DNA of 62,832 nucleotides, filler included, from Bonamia ostreae (GCA_040357525.1; 43 parts of 43 records of this genome joined end to end with filler, not necessarily neighbours in it), one strand, 5' to 3'; positions 27,398 to 40,994 are shown, counted from the whole stretch's first letter. Notes: generated by a model from the sequence alone, not told the origin. Numbers and translations: made by a program.

Positions 27398-28168
27398 TTT
27401 TAACTGAAATTCCAGTAATTTTTTATTGATGATCCAGTTTTTAAAACAGTGATTTTCTAAATAATAACAGGAATTTATTTATTTTAGATAAATCTGCCAT
27501 TTTGGTAAAATTTTAAGAATTGTTTTTGGCAAATAAATTTTTCTTTTATATCCGTCATTAAAATGTCAAAACTGATGTTTTGTTGCAAAATATATATTTA
27601 AAAAATAAAATATTACTAATTCAAAAAATTAAAATGTACACAATCACAAAACTTCACAAAAATAAAAAAAAAAAAAATAAATAAAAAAATAAAAATATAA
27701 AAAATACGATACTACAAAAAACAATGAAAATAAAATCAAATAAAGAAATTATAACGCTAAAATACAATATATACTATACTCAACAAATAATTTTAACAAA
27801 ATAGTCTAAATTATGCAACAAAAACTGTGTTCATAAAAAANNNNNNNNNNNNNNNNNNNNNNNNNNNNNNNNNNNNNNNNNNNNTTAATTAATTAANNNN
27901 NNNNNNNNNNNNNNNNNNNNNNNNNNNNNNNNNNNNNNNNAGATAAGATGAGAAATATGTATGTTTTCTACAATTCGTGACATCTTTAATGTGGAATTGT
28001 TTACTGAAAAACTCCTTCGCAAAATTCTTTACATTGTTTTGTGCATTTGTCATATATGTTCATTTGAAATCTATTGAGATTGAAAATAATAATTTTCTTG
28101 TGCTTTATGTTTGATATGTGATATGATCAATACAAGTCATCCGACCCTTGTTTTATTTCTTTTGACAG

Positions 28169-28387
28169 CTGAAATGTATTTTGTCTGCTTCTCATCGGCT
28201 GACAGTAAATTCAGACACGACCCAAACGTATTTCGTCACAAACAAATGGGATACTCTTATTGACGATGATGAAGAAAACCTTGAGTATGAGGGTCAGAAA
28301 ATAGAAGCTCTATTCAAGTCGTCTTTGACGAAGTATTGGCCGATTACCGTTTTGGATAAGCATCTTTTTCGTTTAAGTTTACGAAAG
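28169..28387 (+). CDS. Host exon of a dynamin-like GTPase family protein; further exons near 28563-28630 and up to 29117
   Basis: TYFVTNKWD (G4 motif); polypyrimidine-cag acceptor and gtatt donor. Confidence 0.6.
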
Positions 28388-29403
28388 GTATTTGATGGAA
28401 ATCAAATCACATTGCACCTCACGGAGTGGTATATATTTAACCTCTTTACATTTCTCAAACCAGAAAACAACATCCATATTTTCATAATTATGTGAAACAA
28501 TTTAGTTGAAAGACGAAAACTAAACTCATATTCAAATCATCATCAGTATCATGATTTTGTAGACATCCAAGTTCATACAATATTTAGACATATTAGTGGA
28601 GGAAATCCAGAGCACAAGGGTGTATTTTGGGTAAGCATTTCTCAATTAATCATTCCGGAAATTCCTGACTAAGTCACTTAAGATGAAAGAATAATTAAAG
28701 AGTATCAATCCGTCTTATTATAAGCTTTTCGCATTGGGTACAAAGCATTGTTTATTTTCATTAATTTTTCCACATTGGGTTTAGATCATAATCCGTTTTT
28801 GAGGTTTTGTCAGTCCACGTGGCGACTTTCACCTAATGTCTTTTACATTCCGGTGATTGCTTTATTTTCATTCTGCACATGCGTTTTTACGAATGGGATA
28901 TTGCATTATAAGCATAACTCTTGTGATAGCTTTACAGTAGACAACGTGAGGGAAACAATCATATCAGCCATTCGATTTCTCTCTGAGCTTCTTCAGATGG
29001 AAGAGTTCCATGACTATATAGAACAAGAGAACTTGGAAGCATTCTCAGAAATTTCAGACACCCTGTTGAAAAAAGAAAACGAACTTCAATCATATGAATG
29101 GATAACAGTTGTAGCTGGTAAGTAACTTCAGAATTATATATTTGTAATCATCTGTACAAAAACATGATGTCAAATACAGAGGTTAATAGTACTAAGGATT
29201 TTTGATGTTGAATGTAAGTGTCTGAGCCAGAACTCCTAACCTTAATTTAATAAGTTACTTTAAGGGGACATGGGCATGATTTGAGTTGATAATTTCTAAT
29301 TTTNNNNNNNNNNNNNNNNNNNNNNNNNNNNNNNNNNNNNNNNNNNNTTAATTAATTAANNNNNNNNNNNNNNNNNNNNNNNNNNNNNNNNNNNNNNNNN
29401 NNN

Positions 29404-30331
<928 letters not shown>

Positions 30332-30455
30332 TTTAAAGCTAAAATCGGGTTTATAAGTTTTTTGTTGTTATATGTGATTAGATTAATGGTTCGGAATTTA
30401 TGTTAACGGCGCGTCTGTGCTTCACAAACATTTCTATTTTTTAATTTATTGATCG

Positions 30456-30616
30456 ATAATGAAACCTCATTGCCACAGATAGTTCCTGTCTCCTGACAGT
30501 GAGGAACTTTGATCTGTGTAAAAATCACAATAATTATTTAAATATCACTGAAACTCAATTTTTGAATAAAACTATTTAGTCAGTACATTTAATTCTTTGT
30601 GGGTGGTACAACGCTC
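30456..30616. ncRNA. Candidate structured non-coding RNA (snRNA- or snoRNA-like), unassigned
   Basis: Long hairpin 30474-30518 (CACAGAT/ATCTGTG, AGTTCC/GGAACT, TGTC/GACA), stem 30547-30584, Sm-like AATTCTTTG at 30591 and terminal hairpin 30601-30616. Confidence 0.3.
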
Positions 30617-30866
30617 AATTAAACAATGAAGCTATCTTATTTAAAATGTCACAGGGAAAATGTTTTTTAAATAATCAAATATAAATCCAAAATAACACAT
30701 TTGTAAATGGTTCGTCAATTATTTCAAAAAAACGCTAAAACTAATCTGGGTTGCATAATAAATTTTNNNNNNNNNNNNNNNNNNNNNNNNNNNNNNNNNN
30801 NNNNNNNNNNTTAATTAATTAANNNNNNNNNNNNNNNNNNNNNNNNNNNNNNNNNNNNNNNNNNNN

Positions 30867-31075
30867 ATAAAATTTTGCAATTTCATAAAATTGACGAATT
30901 TATAAAAAAATCGACAATAAAATTTTGCAATTTCATAAAATTGACGAATTTATAAAAAAATCGACAATAAAATTTTGCAATTTCATAAAATTGACGAATT
31001 TATAAAAAAATCGACAATAAAATTTTGCAATTTCATAAAATTGACGAATTTATAAAAAAATCGACAATAAACTTT
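30867..31075. repeat. Perfect 50-nt tandem repeat x4, probably intronic
   Basis: ATAAAATTTTGCAATTTCATAAAATTGACGAATTTATAAAAAAATCGACA repeated, followed by an ATAG acceptor at 31107. Confidence 0.95.
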
Positions 31076-32407
31076 TGCACTTTGATAAAAATATTCCAAA
31101 ATTATAGTTGCTACACCATGTTGATATAAATGACATCGGTACATATTTTATAGACCAAGTTTTTTTAGAAAAAGAAATATTTACTCAAATCGCCGACAAA
31201 GATTTAATGACTACTGTCATTTGCATCCAAGGCGTCCATAAAAATTATAAACCAAAATCGTTTTTTAACTATTTTTTTGGGACCAAAAAATTTTTAATGG
31301 CCAACTTTTTGTTTATCAAAGCGGAGTTCAAAAAATTTGCAATTTTTGCAAAATCACAACAATGGAATATTATTTAAGACCAACATTCAGACCTGGCTGG
31401 CTAAATTTATACGACCGCAATAAAATTAATTATCTCAAATATTATCTTTCGCAATTTGAATGGACTGAAAAATATCTTTTTAGTCAAGTTTCAATTTTTC
31501 TTCAAATTTTGAAAACCAAAAATTAAAACTTAATTTTTTGTCGCTTTTTACAAATTTGTCGAATTAATAATTCCAGAAAATAAATTGGAACACAAAACAA
31601 TGCGATCCGAGAATAAAAAGAAAAACAGAAAATTATTACAAACCGGTCAATTTGCTCAAAAGAAACGATTTTTGCATAAATCGGCCAAAATTGGATTCAA
31701 ATTTTTTTTTGGAAGAAACAGAATTTTCATCAGACGATTTTGACATAAAAAATTGCAAAATCGTAAAAATTTTTGATGCGAAGAAAATTTGCGAAAATTT
31801 TGGAAATATGACGAGTGGCATCAAAAAATCGCTTTCTTTGGAAATCGAGAATAAAAAGCGAGTTGAGGAAGCGACGGAATATTTGGATAAAAATTTGAAC
31901 AGGAAAATGACAACTAGAAAAATGTCTAATTGCAAAAATATCAAAATTAATGCAAACAAAAAACCGATTTTTATTGATTTGTGTGATTAAATTTAAATTA
32001 AATCGTTAAAATTTAAAAAAATTAAAATTAGCTTTAACAATATATGACAAATCCTTTTACTTAAAATCCTATTTAGCTTAACAAAAATATAAAATGGTTA
32101 ATCTAAGCGATTTTAAAAAAGAATCAAAAACACTTTGTGAGAAACAAAAGTTAGTGCAACTTTTTGCTGACGATTGGTTGATTTAGCTTTCTAAATCTGA
32201 ATTTTTTAAAATAGACATTTTTTGTTACANNNNNNNNNNNNNNNNNNNNNNNNNNNNNNNNNNNNNNNNNNNNTTAATTAATTAANNNNNNNNNNNNNNN
32301 NNNNNNNNNNNNNNNNNNNNNNNNNNNNNTATTTAAAACGATAAAATCAAATAGTTTAACGAAAATATATTGATTAACAAAATCCGAATATATAAACAAA
32401 CGTAAAA

Positions 32408-33090
32408 ATGAATTTTCTCGGTAAATTCAGGGGAAACAAGGAACCAAAACCAACTTTGGATTCGTCTGCGAACAACCTCTCCGAACGCGATAACGCTTTG
32501 TTCGAAAAAATAAGAAAACTAGACGCGGAGATATCCCGCTACAAAACTCAGCTCAACAACACAAACACAGCCAGCGGAAAGAGGGCGATCAAATCGCGTG
32601 TCATGAGACTTCTAAAGCAACGCGAAGTCTACCGGAAACAGAGGGACATGGTACTGGGACAACAAGGAAACATCGATTCGGTCAAATTTACACAAGATTC
32701 GATGAAAGACAACATTGAATTGGTGAAAGCGATGAAGACGGCGAAAAAGCAAATGTCAAAGCAAGTCAAAAAACTGGACGTGGACGATGTAGCTGATCTT
32801 TTCGACGATATGGCAGATATCTATATCGAAAACGAAGAAGTTCAGAACATAATGTCACAAGATTGTTTAAATTCAATCAACATTTTTATAAAGACAATAC
32901 GATGAACGAAATGGACGACGAAGAGCTGTTTGAAGAATTTGAAAATCTTGAAAACGAAGAGGTCTTCGTTGACGAGCCAGAATCGATTTTAACTCAAAAA
33001 GAAACTGAAACGAAAAACGCGGACGTGTCAGAAGATGCCAAAAACATCCAAGAGGAAGAACTGCAATTAAAAAGTGATCTTGGCACATAA
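32408..33090 (+). CDS. CHMP5: ESCRT-III CHMP5/Vps60; intron 32865-32893
   Basis: FRGNKEPKPTL...KIRKLDAEI..YK.QL...K.R..RLLKQR..Y..QRD...N...F...V.AMK...LD.DD...L.DDM.D...EVQ..MS..Y...DDEEL..E. Confidence 0.9.
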
Positions 33091-33144
33091 ATCAATTTTG
33101 TATTCTATTTTTTCGTAAGGAATTTTAGGTCTCAAATCGAATTT

Positions 33145-33650
33145 TAGCTATCTTTTAATTCGTACGGCAAAGTCTTTAAACGATCTACGTCGCTTTTTAA
33201 ATGATCTACGAAAAATTTTGATCTGTACATTTAATGTTACGCTCCTGGTCCAGCGATTTGCCCATCGATTAATTCAAAAAAACGCCCAATCGATCCGAAG
33301 AACATGCGTTCAATAAAATTCATTTCTTGTGTTTCTTCCTCAACGTCGATTGTGTTCGTCAAACATGAAATCCTCATGTAATCGTTGGTGTACCATTTTC
33401 CGTCTTCACTGTTGCAGAACAGATAAGTCGATTTGACTGTGCGTTTGAACCACCCGCAATAGCCTTCGCAAAATGTTCCTTCGACGCGTTTATCGTTTAT
33501 GTACTGTTTCCCGGCATGTCCACATTTTACAAAATTGCCGTCTGAACTCGCTTTTGGTTACAAGCAAGGGACATGTAAATCTGTAGTAACTTCTTTGTCT
33601 ATAATTGTATTGCAAAAAATCAAATATTTTTCAGTTGACTTTTTATTATC
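33145..33650 (-). CDS. Uncharacterised Cys-containing protein (protist), exon structure uncertain
   Basis: Open frame ...FVKCGHAG...GTFCEGYCGW...YLFCNSEDGKWYTNDYMRISCL...; in-frame TAA at 33558-33560. Confidence 0.45.
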
Positions 33651-34660
33651 TCGTCAAAACAAAATTTGCAATTTTAACAAATTTACAATAANNNNNNNNN
33701 NNNNNNNNNNNNNNNNNNNNNNNNNNNNNNNNNNNTTAATTAATTAANNNNNNNNNNNNNNNNNNNNNNNNNNNNNNNNNNNNNNNNNNNNTGTAATGCT
33801 ATTAAAGCGGTTAAAATAATTTGTATGCCCTTTACACTGTCATCATTGTAATTTAACAAATTAGAATTTCACTGTGCAAGTACATTGTAACTGCTAATTT
33901 CTTACAAGTAATGTAATATTACTATTACATTATAACGGTATTGAATTATCATTACATGTAATGCATTTTGGGGCATTACACATTACTAACATTACTTTGA
34001 TTTAAAATAATACGTTACAATATATTACCATTACATCTAGCATTACCCCAAGCCGGATATGTACAGCAATTTACGAGCGTCCGGGAGGTTTGCCTCGTAG
34101 AACCCAACCAAACTGAGTGTCAATTGTGATCATTGTACAGTGATATAGTATATACCACTCCTCTACATAACCAATGTCCTCTTTCATGATTAAACTAAAT
34201 AAACATCGTCCCCTGGATCATTTACAGTCCCATTTTCGGCAAATGAATTAATTGCAACTAAATTAAAACTACCATTCCCTTCCCTAAATTGAGATTGTGG
34301 CTTGGAAATTAAGCTGTTCTGACACTTAAAGCTTTAAGAAGAAAATATAACTTTTCCCCCTGATAACCTCAAAAGCAGTTTTCAAAAACCAACCTGTTGA
34401 ACCCACTTCAATATAAAAATATCCTGGATATGCGCATAATTTTTTTGGATGCAACAATAAAATTAACAGGCTTAGGGTTGTGGTATTGACATCGAATGTT
34501 TTAACATCACACAACACATTACGAAAAGACAAGATGTTTTTAAAACATAAAAATCACGATTAATAAGAAAAAAAGATCTATCGTTAAAGTATATACATAA
34601 ATGAGGAAAAGTAAAACTATATAGGTATAATGCATTTTCAAAACGTCTTTGGAAACATAC

Positions 34661-34940
34661 TTTTGGTCCTTCTATAAGATTAGTCAGCATCACAATGTAC
34701 TCAATGCCCTCTTGCCAGATCATTCTCCAATGATCAACTAGAGTATTATTTCGTGGTCCTGAAACATAAAGCGCGTAAAACTATCAGACCACTTTTGAAA
34801 ATTTGGTTTCATTTTCAATTATTTATCACTACATGTATTATTTAAATCGATGAAAAAAGGTATGTTTGTTGTGTGATTTTACTAGAAAAATTCAAATATA
34901 TACCTTGACAAGCGATGAATTCAGGCTTTCCATCTAAGTT
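34661..34940 (-). CDS. Host receptor-type protein tyrosine phosphatase exons (34904-34940, 34661-34758)
   Basis: FIACQ|GPRNNTLVDHWRMIWQEGIEYIVMLTNLIEGPK with canonical metazoan splice sites. Confidence 0.9.
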
Positions 34941-35289
34941 CTGAAAAAGATCGTTGTTTACATTCATATATCTAATAAATAACAAGAAATGAACTTGATA
35001 AAAGCGTCAAAGGTATCAGAAAAGGAAAGAAATAATTTTATTAATACATTATTTGTTTTTAGATCGGACCACAATGACGATGCAAATTAGATGCCTCCCT
35101 AAGGGACTAGGATTTCATTGTAAAGTCATACATTAATTAAGATATCGAAATTNNNNNNNNNNNNNNNNNNNNNNNNNNNNNNNNNNNNNNNNNNNNTTAA
35201 TTAATTAANNNNNNNNNNNNNNNNNNNNNNNNNNNNNNNNNNNNNNNNNNNNTTTGATCATTTATATAAAACAACTTAAAGCGGTTTTT

Positions 35290-36358
35290 AGATTCCAAAT
35301 TAACAAACCGCAATGATCGACACAGAAAAATGGCGTGTCCACATCGAGTTTGCATAATTTAATAAACAGGTGCGGCTACAATATTTTGCTATTTGGAATT
35401 GGATCGAAAAAATCGATTTTGCTAAAATTGCTCAAAACAGCAGATTTTAACGATTTTCATCGATTTTTCGTTGACCTAAATTCCCCAAAACTCAATTTGT
35501 TCAAAATTTTGGAAGAAATCTATTCCAAAATTTCAAAAACAAGCGATTTGGGAAACCGCAAAAAAATTGCCAAAAAAGCAAATTTAAAAATTAAAGGAAA
35601 AGGCGTTATATCGATTTGCAAAGATTTGAAAAAAATTATGAAACAGTCAAAAACTAAAGTTCTGCTGATCTTGAACAGTCTCGACAACGCAAATTGCGAT
35701 TTTAAAAATATTCTGGCGCTGAGCAGAATGGCTTCTTTTGAGTCAGTTCGCGTTATAGCTTCTTGCGAAACTTTTAATATCGAACCTTGTTTTACCACAT
35801 TAAATTCTAAAATTGCCATTATTAAATTTATTTTTGTTGTATTTCAAAAGTCCGAAAACATGTTATTATTGTAAACACAAATCCGAAATTCAAAAAGTGA
35901 CCGATTCTGAGATTTTCGACAATTTTAACTTTATTTGGGAACATCATCCAACAGACGATTTTTCAGATTTGAGATTTAGACAAAACCTCCAAAATTCAAC
36001 CAAAACCAACGAAAATGGATTAGTCTTTGTTTTCAAAAGTCTGACTCCATCACAAAAAGACATTTTAAGTCTTTTCGGACCTTTATATTTTGACAAATTG
36101 GACGAAAAAAGCAGAATTTTTAGCAAAATCGACAACAAAAATGGTTCCATTTTTTAACAGATTTGAAAAGAAAATAGCGAAATTAAAAGCTTTTTTGGAG
36201 TTTCAATTGAAGATTTATATGAAGCAGCTTTCAACGAGTTAATAATTTCTTCAGAATCGGCATTAAAATCGAGTTTGAAGGAAATGGCTGAAAGCGGATT
36301 GGTTTCGATCGAAGACGATTTGGTTCGACCGAATTTTGGAGAAGAGATTTTCAAATAA
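35290..36358 (+). CDS. ORC2: Origin recognition complex subunit 2, C-terminal part; introns 35348-35369, 35789-35897, 36144-36170
   Basis: W...CGYNILLFGIGSKK...LILNSLD...VIAS...FNFIWEH.PT...GLVFVFKSLT...LY......II.SE.AL...L.E. Confidence 0.88.
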
Positions 36359-36369
36359 ATTAAATCAAA

Positions 36370-36592
36370 TTATTTGTCTTTAATGATATTTCTCGTTGCA
36401 GTTCCAATATGACAGTTATTAGCTTTTTCAGCAAATCTCAAAGAATTGATGCTCTCTTTTTTGCAGAAAATTGTAAATCAAACCTCCGATTTCGTTTTCA
36501 TCCGGCGATAAATTGACAAACATTAAAGTTTTGCAATCTCCGCCAAAACAGTTTTGAAGCAAATGAGTCAATTTCGAATTGCGAAATGGAAT
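36370..36592 (-). CDS. Kinesin-14 (C-terminal motor, Kar3/KIFC1-like), last exons; intron 36456-36483
   Basis: Not in the ORF track. [30 protein letters not shown]...[20 protein letters not shown] then stop. Confidence 0.9.
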
Positions 36593-36934
36593 CTTTTGCA
36601 AAATAATAAAATTNNNNNNNNNNNNNNNNNNNNNNNNNNNNNNNNNNNNNNNNNNNNTTAATTAATTAANNNNNNNNNNNNNNNNNNNNNNNNNNNNNNN
36701 NNNNNNNNNNNNNTCTAGTCATGTATATATAGAAACTATATACATAAATGTGATTAGACAAAAGACACAATCAACAACAGGGGAAGGCATTTATTCCACA
36801 AAGAATTTAGAGCTTACCGTATCTCAGACATTGCTATTTTACGGCTTGGTTGTGTGCAATTTTCGTTTATGCTCTTTACACTCGTACACGTCGACCCGTT
36901 TCAGATATCAATTACTTTTGATATAGCACACCGA

Positions 36935-37560
36935 CGAGGACTCATTCCGTCGAACACGACTGCTATCATTTCTAATATGGGTTACCACCCCGCGCGACGA
37001 TACGCTAAGAAGGCAGCCAAAATGGAGGTTGAGTCACTGAGGAATCGCTCATCGTCTACGGATGTTACGGCGTTTACTGGCAGGGGTGTCATAGCCCTTA
37101 TCGGAATCTAATGACGGAAATGCATCCTTTTCGAGTCGAGTATACATATCATTAGATGTACATACAGACATCAAACGAGGCAAAACATTAGAAGAACAAG
37201 GATTCACAGTCGTTAATATATGGGAACACGACTTTGATGGACTTTTTCAATACAATGCAGATTTACAGAATTTTAAAGAAGAGGTCGATATTCAGGATCC
37301 TTTAAATCCTCATGAAGCCTTATACAGATGTTGTACAAATGCTACGCAACGGTAATGTTTGTTCCTTGTTCCCTTACATACTGAAATACAAACCGTTTCC
37401 CATCGGTCATCCTCAAGTTATCTCAAACTATTTTGCTGATATCAGAGAGTACTTTGATCTCTTTCATTGTCGTGTCTTACCACCCCGTGGTATGTATCAC
37501 CCTGTTTTACCCTAAAACATGGGGTGAAAAGTACCCTTCTCCTTAAATCGAACCGGTGGC
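36935..37560 (+). pseudogene. Decayed protein-primed DNA polymerase B of a Polinton/Maverick or adintovirus-like element
   Basis: LEEQGFTVVNIWEHDFD, PLNPHEA, SLFPYILKYKPFPIGHP and CRVLPPRGMYHPVLP, with stops, frameshifts and deletions. Confidence 0.82.
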
Positions 37561-38379
37561 GAACAAAATAGAAGAATGCTAACACAACATTCACAACCGA
37601 GTTTAACCGAAACAGAACTTTAGAACCTTAAATTTAGTGAATCGCTCAGACCATATCTCTGAAGTATTTTGCAAAGATTGTGATGTTCGGGCCATCCCCA
37701 TGGTACAAAATACCGTATGGCATGTGATAGACGGCATTGGGTTCATCATTATCACACTTTTCCCCATCAAAATGAGGAAGCGTCAATCAGCAAAACTGTG
37801 TAAATTTGACTCACTACAGAAGTCATTTGTGCCTAATTGTACCTGAGTATAGGATCGCCTAACATCTGATATCTTAGAGAACTTGTTACTGGCCATCACA
37901 GAGGTTAGGGTGATAGTCCGAGTTGTTTCCACTACACATTGTCTCTGAAACTTTGGGAATGGACGGACGGCCCTAGGATAGAACATGCATATTGGTGTCC
38001 TCACAGTGCTCATCCGCTGTACAAAGAAAAGAACAATGATCAATTAGATAACTCCTATAAGGAATACAAGATAANNNNNNNNNNNNNNNNNNNNNNNNNN
38101 NNNNNNNNNNNNNNNNNNTTAATTAATTAANNNNNNNNNNNNNNNNNNNNNNNNNNNNNNNNNNNNNNNNNNNNTTTTTCTGCAATCGCTTCAATATCAG
38201 ATATATCCATTGATTATACTGCTATCTTTAATGACAGACTTTGATTCTACTGCTATCTATTGTATTCAGAACAGTCAACGGAGCTTGCTAAATGAAAGAA
38301 TCGTTTTTTCTTGCTCGCCAAACAATGGCGGATACTAATGATTGAAATTAAAATATTTTTGTCAAATAATCTTATTGGA

Positions 38380-38840
38380 ACTCTTTATGCTTAGAAAATT
38401 AAAATACTTTAGTGGTAAATATCCATATGAATGGAACCTTGCATTAATAATTGCTAATCAAATTTTAATAAATCAATAGTTCCTATTGATTAATTTAGAC
38501 CAATAAGTTAACTTTTGTTATTGGAAAATTATTTGAAAGCATTTTAAATAATACATTACAAATATTCGTTATTGTGACTGAGAATAATAATTGGTTACTT
38601 AAATGCCAAAATGGTTTAGAGAAAATTGCTCCACAATAAATAATTTACAAATAAAATCGACAAATCTTTTAAAAATAAAGAAATGTTTTTAGATATTAAA
38701 AAAATTAATAAACTAATACAACTAGGTAAAATTAAAAGGAGAAGTGATAAAATAATTTTTAATGGTGAAAAATCAACAAAATATTATTTTGACAAGTAAT
38801 TTGGGAAAATGATATGTATATCGAAAAAGCTGCTTATCGA
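38380..38840 (+). mobile_element. Decayed LINE reverse transcriptase fragment
   Basis: GKYPYEW, FRPIS*L, GKLFESILN, NNWLLKCQNG..RENCST and an IEKA remnant, with frameshifts. Confidence 0.72.
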
Positions 38841-38994
38841 TTAAATAAAAGAATTTCAAATTTTTATAAATGGGCCAAAGAAATAGAACTTGAATTTTCT
38901 ACCTCAAAAAATTACGTAGTTAATTTTACGAAAATTTAACATTACGAAATTATTTCAATTAAACAATCTAAGAAACAGAAGCAGGCAATCTAAT

Positions 38995-39416
38995 TTATAA
39001 TTCCCTGTATGATTGCACAATAGTACAACATCCAAACATCCATGCCGCCATGCAATCACCGCATTTCGACCCCTTTGAAGTTGATTTTAAACAGCAAAAC
39101 CTTAATATCGCGTTGTTCTCTAATTTTCATTCTGACATAGCAGATTGCACAAATACTGAATCCAAACATATCCAATAAGCAGAAAATCAGAATATAAGCT
39201 ACAGCAGAATCTGCGTCTTTTAATTTTGCGTAAGTTCTTCCTTGTATAACACAAGGGAAGTAGTATGCCATAAGAGCTTCTAAATAAAACAATAGAACAT
39301 GTTAGAGGATCATCACAGCAACTGCACATTCCGTTATCCCAATCTTTCTCTTCGCCGCCTTTAATCTCATTTGTGTTCGCAGGGACATTATTCAATAAAC
39401 CGCTTCCGATGTTCAT
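38995..39416 (-). CDS. PLAC8-family Cys-rich protein; introns 39277-39298, 39073-39100
   Basis: WDNGMCSCCDDP...FPC...R.KIRE..DIKGSKCGDC.....CC...Q.YREL. Confidence 0.88.
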
Positions 39417-39808
39417 GAAAACAAGTGTTTCTGTCTCGATTAATTTTTATATCGAAAATTATCAATAAATATAACCTTGTCCTTTAAAAAATTATTCTCA
39501 GAATTTTTCAAATTTTTAAAGAAAGTATTTATTTNNNNNNNNNNNNNNNNNNNNNNNNNNNNNNNNNNNNNNNNNNNNTTAATTAATTAANNNNNNNNNN
39601 NNNNNNNNNNNNNNNNNNNNNNNNNNNNNNNNNNCGCCTTTAATAATATTTTATCTTTGTGTTTTGGTCTTTTTGAATTTTTATTTTCGTTAATGTAAAG
39701 ACATTTGCGATGTAAAGTCATTAATTTATTTTTACTCCATTTTTTTCGAGGTTCAGATATTACAAAATTTAAAGATTTGTAAAATTGACTTTTCAAAATA
39801 AAAAATTA

Positions 39809-40568
39809 TCATTTTTTAATCGTCTGCGCCGGGAGATAGAAATTCTTTTTGTCCCGCATGAAAAGCAGTTTTTTCTTTTTACTGTAATGTCTTTCAAGCA
39901 TTTTAATCGACACAATAAAAGGGGAATAAAGTGGGTATGTCAGCTCGAACGCTTCTTTGTTGCTGCCCATTAAGCGCAGAACAAAAGAAGAGCCATAACC
40001 ACGATTTCGCCTTGCAATACAAAGTCCTTTCTTTTTCTCGATTCCGCCATCCGGGAGATGTTTTTTAAGCTCAATTTCGATTTCGTCGCCGGCATTAAAG
40101 TTTTCGATGCGCCGATTTTCCATTTTCCGAATTTCAAAATCGTTGAGCATTTTCATGAAATGTTGCGGTGTCGGCTGTTTGTGGTATTCTCGCCCGGGCA
40201 TGTTGGGCACGATTTCTTCATATCTCATTTTGAATATTTCTGGATTTTTCTTTTTTTCGTGCGTCCCTCTAATCGAGCCTTCTCTTAAGGCTTTAACGTA
40301 CGAATGAGTGTCTTTTCGAATTTAGCTGAAAACTTTTGGAATCGCTGCTTTCGTATATGTCCAACGGGAGTGGATCAGGTAGTTTTGCCAAGTCATCGAA
40401 ATTTTGTTCGCTTTTTAAATCAAGTATTATTTTATTGACAGCGGCTCTTTTTCTGTCCGATTTTCGGTTTTTCTTAAATTTTTCATTTTTCGAAGCAAAA
40501 TGTCTTATTGATCGAAAAACGTTTTGCTGGTGTATCAGGTTTTTAATTTTCAAATTTTTCACAAGCAT
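39809..40568 (-). CDS. MRPL19: Mitochondrial ribosomal protein bL19; intron 40312-40333
   Basis: FNAGD.I.I...GLCIARRNRGYGSSFVLR...E..YPLYSPFIVSI...KKKKLLFMRD; N-terminal basic targeting peptide. Confidence 0.88.
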
Positions 40569-40654
40569 TTAAAGCTTGCGATTTTTGACTTTTATTCAAA
40601 ATGATTAATATAATTAATGCTAAATATAGAAAATAGACATTTTTTTGTTTAAAT

Positions 40655-40994
40655 ATGAAAATATTTTCTGTGTGGATTCTAAATAGAGCTGGGAGTTTGA
40701 TGTATAACAAAGTTCCATTTTTTAATATTCAGAGCTTCGGAGATTCAAAGGCAATATCAGAAAATGAGAGCTTAGAATTGGCGAGTATTTTTTATACAAC
40801 AAATGAAATAACACAGGACATCGATCCTAGCGGTAAAAAATCTAAGAACAATGGCGGAATTTTGAAATTAAAAACGCGATCTTTTTGCTTATACAGCAAA
40901 ACATTAATTTCCGGTTAAAATTCCAAATTACAAAAAAAATGAAGGCACGAAAACTTTTGTCATTTGCGCGCAAGAAAGTGAAAAAGAAGCTCTT
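40655..40994 (+). CDS. TRAPPC4: TRAPP subunit TRAPPC4/Trs23 (sybindin family), partial; introns 40712-40732 (in-frame, probable), 40914-40944
   Basis: MKIFSVWILNRAGSLMY...NE.L.LAS.F...GI..L.T..F.L....L.SGTK.FV. Confidence 0.82.

Noticed and set aside
30867-31075. 50-nt and 41-nt arrays as CRISPR arrays
   Set aside because: Head-to-tail units with no unique spacers, eukaryotic context and no cas genes.
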